DNA of 64,000 nucleotides, from contig CAWGSW010000005.1 of the NCBI GenBank assembly GCA_963825275.1, forward strand, positions 34,171-98,170, given 5' to 3'. The notes under the pieces are model-generated. The model was given only the letters and a program-made list of their open reading frames with translations. It was not told the origin of the DNA and did no database searches. This stretch comes from an uncultured Actinomycetota bacterium. GTDB lineage: Bacteria > Actinomycetota > Actinomycetes > Propionibacteriales > Nocardioidaceae. A program made the translations under genes and the position numbers. Below are positions 1 to 9,471 of the stretch, piece by piece. Numbering within the stretch: position 1 is the stretch's first letter; each line of letters starts with the position of its first letter.

Positions 1-807
1 TGACTGGCCGAGCAGGGCATCGACGTTGGGTAGGCCCTCGAACCGCGAGAACGTTCCCTCGTCCGCGATCTCGGTGGCGGCCTTCAGGAATCCGTCCCAT
101 GCGGTCCGTGCGAGCGTGCCCCCCACGCTGATTCGCCGTACGCCCAGTTGCGCCGCCTCCGCAACCGTGGTGAACGGAGCGTTGATCAGGAGGTTCACCG
201 GTTTCGGTGACACCGCGGCCACGATGGCGGACACGTGCGCGAGGTTGTCGATCCGGGGAGCGTAGAGGCAGTCAGCGCCGGCTTCGGCGTACGCCCGGAG
301 CCGGCGAATCGTCTCGTCGATGTCGGGGCGCCCACACACGAAACCCTCGGAGCGGCCCGTGAGAAGGATCCCCGTGCCGCTCTCGTCGATCGCCGCTCGC
401 GCGGCGGCCACCCGTTCCACGGCCAGCTCGAACTCGTACAGCGGATCGGCCTCGTCACCCGAGGCGTCCTCGATCGAGAGCCCGGCAATCCCCGTCTCCG
501 CGGCCAGCTTCACGTTCGCCGCGACGTCGGCCGGAGCCACCGCATAACCGCCCTCGAAGTCGGCGTTCACCGGAACCGTCACAGCGCCGGCGATGAGGCG
601 GAGATGCTCGAGCACCTGATCACGAGAGGCGTGGGTGTCCGCGCGACCCAGCGTCCAGGCGAATCCGGCACTTGTCGTGGCCAACGCCTGGAATCCCAGC
701 TGTTCCAGGGCCCGAGCGCTCCCCACGTCCCACGGGTTCGCCATCACGAAGCACCCCGAGGCGTGCAACCGGTGGAACTCTGCGACTCGATCGTCCTGCA
801 TGTCCAT
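1..807 (-). CDS. Isocitrate lyase/PEP mutase family protein (3' end runs off the window)
   Basis: Own translation from ATG 807 (RBS GAGGTG): MDMQDDRVAEFHRLH...NPWDVGSARALEQLGFQALATTSAG...VPVNADFEGGY...GLSIED...RRISVG. Typical ICL/PEPM motifs; no stop before base 1, so it is missing from the ORF track. Confidence 0.85.
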   Translation of the reverse strand, partial: MDMQDDRVAEFHRLHASGCFVMANPWDVGSARALEQLGFQALATTSAGFAWTLGRADTHASRDQVLEHLRLIAGAVTVPVNADFEGGYAVAPADVAANVKLAAETGIAGLSIEDASGDEADPLYEFELAVERVAAARAAIDESGTGILLTGRSEGFVCGRPDIDETIRRLRAYAEAGADCLYAPRIDNLAHVSAIVAAVSPKPVNLLINAPFTTVAEAAQLGVRRISVGGTLARTAWDGFLKAATEIADEGTFSRFEGLPNVDALLGQS

Positions 808-1086
808 GTGACACCTCGTCAACGTGCCGGGAGTGTCTACTCTAGTCCGGCCCTGGTCCGCCCAGGCGGGCTCGACATCGAGGTCGCGGATCCGGGCACG
901 CTGGCGAGGTTCCGGGCGACAGTCACCGGCGACACACCCGCCCCAGCCGCCTCACGATCCACCTCGATCTGACCGTGGCCGGCGGCAGGGTGTCCCCGAG
1001 GAGAGCCCACTCCTACGACGAGGCTCCTCCGGCGATCCGGTCATCAAAGGTCTTCACCAGGCCGGACGGCGCACTAGCGTCGGGGG

Positions 1087-2430
1087 ATGGAACTGCGAGG
1101 GATCACCTCCGCGCGCAATCTCGGCCCGGTCACGATCGTCGGACTGCTCGTCGGCTACGTCGTGCTCTGGGTGTTCGCACGCCCGTCCGGGGAACCGGCC
1201 GGCGCGTACGTCGGGCAGCTGGTCGGCGCAGTCTCCATCCTGCTGCTGTCCGCCGCGCTGGTCCTGATCAGCTCCTTGCCGTGGGTCGAGGAATGGTTCG
1301 ACGGCATCGACCGTGCGGCGATCTGGCACCGGCGGATGGCGATCGCCGGCCTGGTCCTGTTGGCGGCTCACATCCCGTTGTCGTCGAGCCCGATCCACTC
1401 GCGTTGGGGCGGCCAGCTCGGCGCCATCGGGGCCTGGGGGCTGGTGGCCCTGGCACTGTGGGCGGTTCTCCCGCGCTGGCAGTCGGTCGTTCCACGACCT
1501 CTGCGCGGCTCGATCAAGGTGCTCAAGGACGCACCGGTGATCCGCGAGGTCCGGAAGCTCTTCGGGGGCTACGAACGCTGGCGCCAGGTCCACCGCCTCA
1601 CCGGACTGCTGGTCGCAGCGGCGTTCTTCCACGGACTGCTCGATGGCTCACCGTTCCCGAAGTCACCGCTGCTGCGCTGGTCGTACGTCGTGATCGGTGG
1701 CATCGGTCTCGCGTTCTACGTCTACCGCGAGCTGCTGGCCCGCTACTTCCGGTCGCTGCACGACTACGAAGTCGACCAGGTGACCCCGGTCGGAGAAGGA
1801 CTCGTCGAGATCACCCTGCGGCCGCTCGGTCGACCGGTCTCCTTCGTCCCGGGCCAGTTCGCCTTGGTCTACATCGAAGCCAAGGACGGCTGGCACCGAC
1901 ACCCCTTCACGATCGCCAGCGCACCCGCCGAGCGGGCCGTCCGGGTCACGGTCAAGGCATTGGGCGACTACACGTCGTCGCTGGGCAATCTCCTGGAACC
2001 CGGGATGCCGGCGGTCATCGGCGGTCCTCACGGTCGTTTCAACCACGCCAAGGGAACCAGGGACCAGGTCTGGATCGCCGGCGGTGTCGGCATCGCCCCT
2101 TTCCTCAGCTGGATGCGGGCGCTCGCGGACCACCCGCCTCCGGGCAACGTGGATCTCTACTACGCCTTCACCGGGGGACCGGCACCGTTCGCCGAGGAGC
2201 TCACCGCCCTCGGATCGACCACTGACAACGTCCGGGTGCATCTCGTCGACTCCGCCGTCGACGGTCGGCTCACCGCCGACCGCATCATCACCGCGTCGAC
2301 CGCACAGCCAGCGGACCTCTCCGTCTTCCTCTGTGGCCCCGAGGCGATGTTGCGGGACCTCCAGGCCGGCCTGCGCCAACACGGAGTCCAGTCGAGGAAC
2401 ATTCACAGGGAGTACTTCGATTGGCGATAG
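1087..2430 (+). CDS. Ferric reductase-like transmembrane domain + FAD/NAD-binding oxidoreductase (ferredoxin reductase family)
   Basis: N-terminal TM helices with paired His (WHR...AHI; VHR...FHG), then RHPFTIAS (FAD), WIAGGVGIAPF (NAD), FLCGP and a terminal EYFDWR. Confidence 0.85.
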   Translation: MELRGITSARNLGPVTIVGLLVGYVVLWVFARPSGEPAGAYVGQLVGAVSILLLSAALVLISSLPWVEEWFDGIDRAAIWHRRMAIAGLVLLAAHIPLSSSPIHSRWGGQLGAIGAWGLVALALWAVLPRWQSVVPRPLRGSIKVLKDAPVIREVRKLFGGYERWRQVHRLTGLLVAAAFFHGLLDGSPFPKSPLLRWSYVVIGGIGLAFYVYRELLARYFRSLHDYEVDQVTPVGEGLVEITLRPLGRPVSFVPGQFALVYIEAKDGWHRHPFTIASAPAERAVRVTVKALGDYTSSLGNLLEPGMPAVIGGPHGRFNHAKGTRDQVWIAGGVGIAPFLSWMRALADHPPPGNVDLYYAFTGGPAPFAEELTALGSTTDNVRVHLVDSAVDGRLTADRIITASTAQPADLSVFLCGPEAMLRDLQAGLRQHGVQSRNIHREYFDWR

Positions 2431-2599
2431 GCCCCGCCCCGAAGTCAGCCAGGAGAAGTTGCCCCGGGTCAGCGAATGACCTCGAGCGGACCCTCGTCAT
2501 GCGCCGCCTTCCAGCGTCGGCCGTCACCGATCGATGACCGATGAGTCAGGGCGTGTGGGCAGGTCAGTAGGTGAAACCCCCGTCAGCGAGGAGCGTCAG

Positions 2600-3187
2600 A
2601 TGCATGACCTCGGACCTTTGGCCCACGAGATGGCCCGGCTGGTGAACGGTGTGCGCGACGACCAGCTCGGCGACCCGACCCCATGCCCGCGCTACGCGTT
2701 GGGCGACCTGCTGCATCACGTCCGCGGGCTCGCCGAGGCGTTCACGCTGGCTGCGCGCAAGGAGCAGCCGCCCGGCGGCTCGAAGCCTCCTCCGCAGGGC
2801 GATGCCGCGCTGCTGCCGGATGACTGGCGAGGGGAGACCGTCGAGTGGCTGGACCGGCTGGTCGAGGCGTGGGCCGACCCGGCCGCCTGGGAGGGCACCA
2901 CCTGGATCGCGGGCTTCGAGGCACCGTCCTTTGCCGTGGGCATCACCGCTGCCAACGAGCTGGTCGCGCACGGTTGGGACGTAGCCCGCGCCAGCGGCCA
3001 ACCACTCGCTCTCGACGACGCGTCACTCGCACCGTCCAGGGAGTTCGTCGCGATGATGTCCGGCCCCGGGTCGGACGAGGCACGCGGTGACTTCTTCGGT
3101 CCGGCCCTGCCGGTCCCCGCCGGCGCGTCCGTGCTGGACGAGGTCATCGCCGGCAACGGCCGCGACCCTGCCTGGTCCGCCGGGTGA
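2600..3187 (+). CDS. TIGR03086 family metal-binding protein (MDMPI-like N-domain)
   Basis: PTPCPRYALGDLLHHV, ELVAHGWDVARASGQ and a C-terminal GRDP motif; RBS GAGGAG before ATG 2600. Confidence 0.85.
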   Translation: MHDLGPLAHEMARLVNGVRDDQLGDPTPCPRYALGDLLHHVRGLAEAFTLAARKEQPPGGSKPPPQGDAALLPDDWRGETVEWLDRLVEAWADPAAWEGTTWIAGFEAPSFAVGITAANELVAHGWDVARASGQPLALDDASLAPSREFVAMMSGPGSDEARGDFFGPALPVPAGASVLDEVIAGNGRDPAWSAG

Positions 3188-3305
3188 GCGGCTTGGCCGA
3201 CCAGCGTCTCGTCGTCGCGAAGTCCCAGCGGTAGCCCGCGCGTCCATGGGTGGGCGGTTGCTCCGGGCGCGTGGGTCCGGACCTGGCCCGGTATCGTCAC
3301 GATCC

Positions 3306-3803
3306 GTGAAGCCACCCCACCCCACGTACGAACAGCTCGCTGACCTGCCGGCGTACGCCGAACAGCCCGTCCCGGTCGCCTTCGAGGACGTCAACGGCCA
3401 CCTCAACGTCCGCCACTACACCGGCATCGCCAGCGAGGGGCTCGACGAGTCCCTGGTCGAGCTGGGCATCCCGCAGAACTGGCCGGTCTCCGGCCACGCC
3501 TGCTTCTCGGCCGAGCACCACATGACCTATGTCGCCGAACTGCGCACCGGCGACACGATGTCGGCGCGGGTGCGGCTGCTCGGGCGTTCCGCGCGGGCTG
3601 TGCACGCCCTGGTCTACCTGCTCGACGATTCGCACCAGCGACTGAGCTTCGTGATGGAGGAGGTCTTCCTGCACATCGACATGGAGACCCGTCGCACTGC
3701 TGCGTGGCCCGAGGACGTCGCGGCCGCCCTGGACAAGCGCATCGCCGCGGACGCCGACCTGCCGTGGGAGCCCGACGTGTCAGGTTCGATGAACCTGCGC
3801 TGA
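3306..3803 (+). CDS. Acyl-CoA thioesterase (4HBT-like hot-dog fold)
   Basis: EDVNGHLNVRHY motif, FSAEHHMTYVAELRTGD, LHIDMETRR. Confidence 0.8.
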   Translation: MKPPHPTYEQLADLPAYAEQPVPVAFEDVNGHLNVRHYTGIASEGLDESLVELGIPQNWPVSGHACFSAEHHMTYVAELRTGDTMSARVRLLGRSARAVHALVYLLDDSHQRLSFVMEEVFLHIDMETRRTAAWPEDVAAALDKRIAADADLPWEPDVSGSMNLR

Positions 3804-3905
3804 ACCACGCAGTCGTCGAAGCGCGCCGAGCACGTTCGCATCGGCAGCGTGTCCGGGAGTGAGGGGATGCTTGCCCCGCGCGACCCCTGAGGACAGACTC
3901 AGCGC

Positions 3906-4334
3906 ATGCGCGGGGCCGGGATGATCTGCGCACGCGCCACGGTGGGTGGTCTGCTTCCGCTCCTGGTCCTGACCTCGTGCGGGGGCGCGGGCGATGTGGC
4001 CCCCGGTGAGGTCCTGCGGGGCCACGGCGGCACGGTTCTGGTCAACGCCGAGCCCGATGGCGGCGCCATGGCCGGCGTCGGCTACGGGGGCCGCGTCACG
4101 CTGGTGGGCGAATGCCTGGGCATCGACGACGCCACGGTCATCTGGCCGCATGGCACCGAGCTCGTCTCTGACGAGCCGTTCGTGGTTGAGGTCCCAGGCA
4201 TGGGACAGGTGACGATCGGCGATCGTGTGGCGGGCGGAGCGGACCAGTACGTCGACCACCTGCCGGACGGCATCGACGCCATCCCGCCCGGTTGCCCGAC
4301 GGTCTCAGTCTTCGCCTTCTACCCCGACCGATGA
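3906..4334 (+). CDS. Hypothetical lipoprotein
   Basis: Hydrophobic stretch ending in lipobox LTSC-GG; Cys pair (GECL...PGCP). Confidence 0.55.
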   Translation: MRGAGMICARATVGGLLPLLVLTSCGGAGDVAPGEVLRGHGGTVLVNAEPDGGAMAGVGYGGRVTLVGECLGIDDATVIWPHGTELVSDEPFVVEVPGMGQVTIGDRVAGGADQYVDHLPDGIDAIPPGCPTVSVFAFYPDR

Positions 4335-4364
4335 ACCTGGCCCCCGTCCCGAGTCAGAGGTGAC

Positions 4365-4979
4365 ATGACCTTCACGACCGCACACATGACGATCTCGCTC
4401 GACGGCTTCGTCGCCGGACCCGATCAATCGATGGCCGACCCCCTCGGGCGAGGCGGGATGGCCATCCACCAGTGGCACTTCGATGCTGAGCAGCCGGGCC
4501 ACGAGGTCGATGCGCGCTGGGCCTCGATGCTGCTGCGGCCGCGCGGTGCCTATGTGATGGGGCGCAACATGTTCGGTCCGGTGCGCGGCCCGTGGGCGTC
4601 GTACGACGGCGACTGGCGCGGCTGGTGGGGCGAGGAACCGCCGTACCACGCACCCGTCTTCGTGCTGACCCACCATGACCATCAGCCGATCGAGATGGCG
4701 GGCGGAACCACCTTCCACTTCGTCACGGAGGGTTTCGAGACGGCGCTGGCGATGGCCCGCCAGGCGGGCGACGGGGATGTCGACGTGGCTGGCGGAGCGT
4801 CGACCGTCCGCCAGGCCCTCCGCAGCGGTGAGCTCGACGAGCTCACCCTGGACATCGCGCCGGTGTTGCTCGGCTCGGGCGAGCGGCTCTTCGACGGTGT
4901 CCTCGAGGTCGGCCTGGAGCCGGTCGAGGCCGAGCACTCACCGTTGGCCACGCACGTGCGATACCGGATCCGTCACTGA
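4365..4979 (+). CDS. Dihydrofolate reductase family (RibD C-terminal-like) protein
   Basis: ISLDGFVAGP, VMGRNMF, PPYHAPVFVLTH, VAGGASTVRQ, IAPVLLGSGERLF. Confidence 0.9.
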   Translation: MTFTTAHMTISLDGFVAGPDQSMADPLGRGGMAIHQWHFDAEQPGHEVDARWASMLLRPRGAYVMGRNMFGPVRGPWASYDGDWRGWWGEEPPYHAPVFVLTHHDHQPIEMAGGTTFHFVTEGFETALAMARQAGDGDVDVAGGASTVRQALRSGELDELTLDIAPVLLGSGERLFDGVLEVGLEPVEAEHSPLATHVRYRIRH

Positions 4980-5204
4980 GGCGCACAGAGGGCACGTCAG
5001 GACGTCGGTTGCCCCGGCAGCTCGATGCCGTGCTCCTCGGCGTACTGCAGTCCTTCAGCGTGATGGGTCGTGCCGAGTCCGCTGAGCCACGGCCTTACGT
5101 CACTGCCGATGATGTGCAACCCCTGTGGCACGTCCCCAGAGGCTTGGGTCCCACGCGGGCTCCGGGACTACGCCGGGAGCCGGAAGCGTGCCTACGCTCA
5201 CGGC

Positions 5205-5882
5205 ATGCCCCTTGCCCCGGCGCACCCGGCGGTGGTGTTGCCGCTCCAGCGGCTCGGCCTGCCGCTGAGCGCTCTGGTGGTGGGCGCCGTGGCGTCGGAT
5301 GCGCCGGTGTACCTGCCGGTCGGGGTGAGCTACGCGACGACGCACAGCTGGCCGGGGCTCGCCGCCGTGGTCGTCATCGGTCTGGTCGTCCTGTGGGTGT
5401 GGTTCGCCCTGCTGCGGGATGCCGTCGTGGACCTGACCCCGTGGCTGCGCGAGCGCACACCCGCGCAGGCTCGACTCGGTCGGCGGGCCTGGCTGCTCGC
5501 GCCGCTCGCGGTCGCGCTCGGCGCCGCAACGCATGTGCTGTGGGACTCCGCGACCCACGACTGGGGGTTCACCGTGCGCGAGGTCGCGTTCCTGCGTGAG
5601 GCCTACGGCCCGGTCCCGCTCTACCGCTGGCTCCAGCACGGGTCCACCGTCGTCGGCTCCGTCGTGGTGGCGGCGTACGGCGTGCGCCGGCTGAGCAGAC
5701 GGCCCGTGGTCCCGCGGCCGTCGGGGGTACGCCGCCCAGGACTCTGGCTGGCTCCGATACCCCTGGCCGCGCTCATCGTCGGGATCGTGTGGCGGGATCT
5801 CGAGGCGGCCGTCGGTGCCGCCCTGCTCGCGCTGCTCGGCGTCGCGATCCTGTGGCGGTCCGCCCGGCAGCCGCAGACCTGA
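5205..5882 (+). CDS. DUF4184 family membrane protein
   Basis: MPLAPAHPAVVLPL...THVLWDSATH...LQHGSTVVG pattern; TACGCT -10-like hexamer 6 nt before the ATG. Confidence 0.8.
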   Translation: MPLAPAHPAVVLPLQRLGLPLSALVVGAVASDAPVYLPVGVSYATTHSWPGLAAVVVIGLVVLWVWFALLRDAVVDLTPWLRERTPAQARLGRRAWLLAPLAVALGAATHVLWDSATHDWGFTVREVAFLREAYGPVPLYRWLQHGSTVVGSVVVAAYGVRRLSRRPVVPRPSGVRRPGLWLAPIPLAALIVGIVWRDLEAAVGAALLALLGVAILWRSARQPQT

Positions 5883-5960
5883 CTGTCCCCGGATGGAACT
5901 ACCCGTTGCCCCACGCAGTCAGAGACACAGAAGACCGGCGGACTCGTCGACGCCGACCGG

Positions 5961-6920
5961 TCAGTGCCCGTCGTACCAGTCGAGGACGCGCAGCGCCCGC
6001 AGGGTGTTCCACCGGCTCGGGCGCCCGTCGCCGTCCTCGAACCCGAGCTGGGTCTCGCCCGGGTGGGTGTTCTCGAGCAGCCAGGTGCCATCGGGCTGTC
6101 GCTTGTCGCGGACGAGCTGCGCGGCCTCAGCGACCCGCCTGTCGGGGGCCTCGCCGGTGCGGCGGAAGTGATCGAGGGCGCGCAGGGCGTCGTAGTGCCA
6201 GCGCGGCGGCCACGAGAACTGCAGCCAGCGCTCGGCCGGCACCTCGCCGGTGCTCCTGCGTCTGAACAGCTGTCGCTCCAGCAGGTACTCCTCGCCGCGC
6301 CGGCGGGCCCCGGCCACGTCCACACGTCCGCCGGACAGCTCGTACTCGAGCAGCCCCTCGAGCACGCAGATCGTCGAGTCGAACGACGACACGGTGGCGC
6401 CGTTCTCGGTCTCGCAGTTCCAGCCGCCGTCGTCGAGCTGCTCGGCGAGCAGGCCCGTGGCGAGGCCGTCGACGTCCGCACCGAAGTAGGCGCCGATCGA
6501 CAGCGTCCGGCCGTTGATGCACGCCTCGACCTCGCCGTCGAAGAACGCCTGGCCGTCGTGCTCCCACCGGCAGTTCGCCGTGACCAGGGAGATCGTCTCG
6601 CGTGCGGCGGCACTCGCCGGGTCCAGGCCGAGGTCGCGCAGCAGCATCAGCGTGGGCAGCGTCGAGGTCCAGGGCTGGCCGTGGGAGAAGTCCGGCTCGA
6701 TGCCGGCCCGCCAGTCGTCGGCGATGCGCCGCGGGAAGCACGCGCCGCCGTCCCACTGGCCGTCGGGGTCGCGCATGCTGAGCAGGCGAGCGCCCCAGCC
6801 CTCGGTCTCGACGAGGGCGCGCTCGGCTGCGACCTGCTCGGCCGGCGCCCCGGTGAGGTCACCCAGCACCTGCCACCGGATCGCCGGGTCACCGTCGAGC
6901 AGCCAGTCCATGACCTCCAT
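5961..6920 (-). CDS. Prenyltransferase/squalene-cyclase-like (alpha/alpha barrel) protein, function unknown
   Basis: WLLDGDPAIRWQV start; QW-like repeats (RDPDGQW, EQLDDGGWNC, RQPDGTW); WHYDALRALD; GRPSRWNTLRALRVL. No DXDD motif. Confidence 0.7.
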   Translation of the reverse strand: MEVMDWLLDGDPAIRWQVLGDLTGAPAEQVAAERALVETEGWGARLLSMRDPDGQWDGGACFPRRIADDWRAGIEPDFSHGQPWTSTLPTLMLLRDLGLDPASAAARETISLVTANCRWEHDGQAFFDGEVEACINGRTLSIGAYFGADVDGLATGLLAEQLDDGGWNCETENGATVSSFDSTICVLEGLLEYELSGGRVDVAGARRRGEEYLLERQLFRRRSTGEVPAERWLQFSWPPRWHYDALRALDHFRRTGEAPDRRVAEAAQLVRDKRQPDGTWLLENTHPGETQLGFEDGDGRPSRWNTLRALRVLDWYDGH

Positions 6921-6987
6921 GGCCGCGATGCTACGTCCCGGCTCCGGCACGGTGTCTCCACCAGAATCGGTCAGAGTCAGCGGGGGA

Positions 6988-7677
6988 TCAGTCCGCCCTG
7001 GCCAGCAGGACGGCTTGGTCGTCCCTCTCGTTGCCCTGGGCACGTCGCACCAGGCGGCAGACTTCTCGCAGGCCGGCAGCCTCGATCTGCGATGCGACCT
7101 GGTCCGCCGTGTAGAGGTGTCGCTCCAGCTGGACCTCGTGGCCGAACCGGCGGTACGCCGCCGACACGTCGCGCGTGCCTTCGCCGGCCTGGAAGCCGAC
7201 GAGCAGGTGGCCACCCGGGCGCAGGACCCGGGTCGCCTCCGCGAAGATGCGTGCCTGGCCGGCGGGAGGCGTGTGGATGATCGAGTACCACAGCATCACG
7301 CCCGCGAACTGGTCGTCGGCGTACGGGAGGTCGGTCAACGAGCCCACCGTGAACACCAGGTCGCCGTGGTCGCGCCGGGCCACGGCGACCATGCTCGACG
7401 ACAGGTCGACTCCCTGGACAGGGCAGCCCCGTTCGGTGAGGTACCGGCTCATCCGACCCGCTCCGCACCCCGCGTCGAGGACCCCGCCGTCCAGGACCCC
7501 CGCGCCGTCACCCGACGTCACCGCCTCGGCGAAGGCATCGACCATGGCGAGGTCGAGTGGCGCCTCGGCACGGGTGTCCGGCACATGGGTGGCGTAGTCC
7601 TCCGCCACCGTGTCGTAGGCGTGCCGCACGCTGCGGAAGTCGAGGGGACCGGGCGGCGACGAGAGCACGAGCCGCAT
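6988..7677 (-). CDS. Class I SAM-dependent methyltransferase
   Basis: VLDAGCGAGR motif I, GVDLSSSMV, YSIIH, RVLRPGG. Confidence 0.9.
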   Translation of the reverse strand: MRLVLSSPPGPLDFRSVRHAYDTVAEDYATHVPDTRAEAPLDLAMVDAFAEAVTSGDGAGVLDGGVLDAGCGAGRMSRYLTERGCPVQGVDLSSSMVAVARRDHGDLVFTVGSLTDLPYADDQFAGVMLWYSIIHTPPAGQARIFAEATRVLRPGGHLLVGFQAGEGTRDVSAAYRRFGHEVQLERHLYTADQVASQIEAAGLREVCRLVRRAQGNERDDQAVLLARAD

Positions 7678-7788
7678 GATGGCACGACCGACCTGCCCCT
7701 GGCCGTGGGGACATCCGCTCGACCTGCGCGTGCCCAGCCGCGACGTTGGTCCCTTGCGATGGGGTGCAGAGGCTTCGATGCTCGTCGT

Positions 7789-8481
7789 ATGACGTTCGCA
7801 CGCAGGCTGGCTTGTACGGCGGCGCTGGCAACCGTCGCCTATGGCGGCTGGGTGCGCCCGCGGCTCCTGCGGTGGGGTGCAAGCGATGAGGAGGTCGCGG
7901 GGCCCTACCCCGGCGCCGAGGTGGTCCCCGAAGGCCGGCGGGGGGCGACCATGGCCACCACGATCAACGCGCCGCCCGACCAGGTCTGGCCGTGGCTCGT
8001 GCAGCTGGGCGGGGACCGCGGGGGTTGGTACTCCTGGGACCACCTCGACAACGGTGGTCGCCCGAGTGCTCGAGAAGTCCACCCCGAGTGGCAGGACCTC
8101 GCGCTGGGCGACCACGTGAAGTACTGGACGCGCCGCTACGGCCCCGTCGACGCGTGGGAGGTTGCGGCGCTCGAACCGAACCGGTTCCTGGGGCTGCACG
8201 GGTTGAGCGATCTGCGGGGCCGACCGCTTGATCCACGGCGGCCACGACCATCGACGTACACCGAAGGACTGTGGGGCTTCCTGCTGACCGAGCTGCCAGG
8301 CGGGCGCACACGGCTCGTGATCGGCGGTTACGAAGTCTTCCGTCCTCGATGGCTGGGACGTGTCATCTCGTTCTGGATCTTCCCGCCGGTCGTCTGGGTG
8401 ATGCAGGCGCGGATGCTGGTGGTGCTCAGGCGCAATGCGGAAGGAGCGGCCCCACGCAGCGCCGCTAGCCTGCCCCCGTGA
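7789..8481 (+). CDS. SRPBCC (polyketide cyclase/START-like) family protein
   Basis: RWGASDEEV...TINAPPDQVWPWLVQLG..RGGWYS...WGFLL..LPGGRTRL. Confidence 0.75.
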   Translation: MTFARRLACTAALATVAYGGWVRPRLLRWGASDEEVAGPYPGAEVVPEGRRGATMATTINAPPDQVWPWLVQLGGDRGGWYSWDHLDNGGRPSAREVHPEWQDLALGDHVKYWTRRYGPVDAWEVAALEPNRFLGLHGLSDLRGRPLDPRRPRPSTYTEGLWGFLLTELPGGRTRLVIGGYEVFRPRWLGRVISFWIFPPVVWVMQARMLVVLRRNAEGAAPRSAASLPP

Positions 8482-9170
8482 CCATCGCTGAGCTCGAGGG
8501 AGAACTCGCCACCCGTCGGGGGTTCGCGACGCGGGTCGAGCCCCCCGCGGGTCTGCGCAACGTGGGGTTCTTCATCGGCGTCGTGGGGCTCCTCGCCGCC
8601 GCGGGCTCGCTCGCTCAGGGGCGTGGCGGCAGGGCCGCCCTGTCCGCCCTGGTGCTCTGCCTCGCCGTGGGGCTCGTCGTGGTCGTCCTGGGGCTCATGA
8701 AGGAGCGACGGAGCACACGCCCCCTGCATCAGAAGTACGTCGCCCGCGGGTGGGTCTCCCTGCAGGTCCCCTGCGGCCTCGTCCAGGACAACTCCGGTGA
8801 CAGCACGACCGTGCGGCGCGACCGCAGCCTCGACTCCGGAGTGAGCGAGGATGCCACCCCGATCGTCCTCGTCGGCGGCCCCGGACAGTCAGCCGAGAGC
8901 ATCGAGGCGGCCGGGGCTGCGGCCCGGGACGACCTGGCGCGCATGACCAGGGACGAGGCGTCGACGTTCGCTCAACGCGTCCACGGGGAGGGGCTCCACC
9001 GCGACAGCGACGCGGCGCGGTTCTTCCCGGTGCCCCCGGGGATGTCGATCACGGTGCACCAGGGACGCTCGCCCTTCGTCCTCGTCATCCCCGCCTCCAA
9101 CAGGTCCCTCCGTGGCCGTTGCCGCTACTACGGCATCAAGACCCCACGACAGAGGCGCGCACGCGCCTGA
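8478..9170 (+). CDS. Hypothetical protein with two N-terminal TM helices
   Basis: GTGA overlap with the upstream stop; two hydrophobic segments followed by a soluble domain; no recognised motif. Confidence 0.55.
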   Translation: MTIAELEGELATRRGFATRVEPPAGLRNVGFFIGVVGLLAAAGSLAQGRGGRAALSALVLCLAVGLVVVVLGLMKERRSTRPLHQKYVARGWVSLQVPCGLVQDNSGDSTTVRRDRSLDSGVSEDATPIVLVGGPGQSAESIEAAGAAARDDLARMTRDEASTFAQRVHGEGLHRDSDAARFFPVPPGMSITVHQGRSPFVLVIPASNRSLRGRCRYYGIKTPRQRRARA

Positions 9171-9471
9171 GGTGTTGGTGGGCGTGGTCCCTTCTTCGGC
9201 GTGGCGATTGCGGAGTCTCTCAGACGCACTCTCATGCCGAGTTCCGTTCAGTCCTGCTCACGCCCGCATGCATCGCCGGTGCGATGACGACGGTTGCGCC
9301 GACGCGCCGGGACCTCATTGAACTGCGCAGCGCACTCCTTGACACGCGCGACGCGGCGGCGCACGCTCGCGATATCTGGCAGCGTTTGCGAGTCGGTCGC
9401 TGAGACGACCACCTGCTCGGTCAGGACGGCGACGATCCGCATCGCGGGTTTGAGCAGAAGAGGTGGGGACC

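Noticed and set aside
5961-6920. Squalene-hopene cyclase call
   Set aside because: Half the expected length, no DXDD motif and no hpn genes nearby.
7740-7753. DosR-like box GCGACGTTGGTCCC upstream of the SRPBCC gene (also GGGACCTTGTCCTC at 39978)
   Set aside because: Isolated imperfect matches are expected by chance at this GC content. The first has no supporting gene context; the second has wrong spacing.
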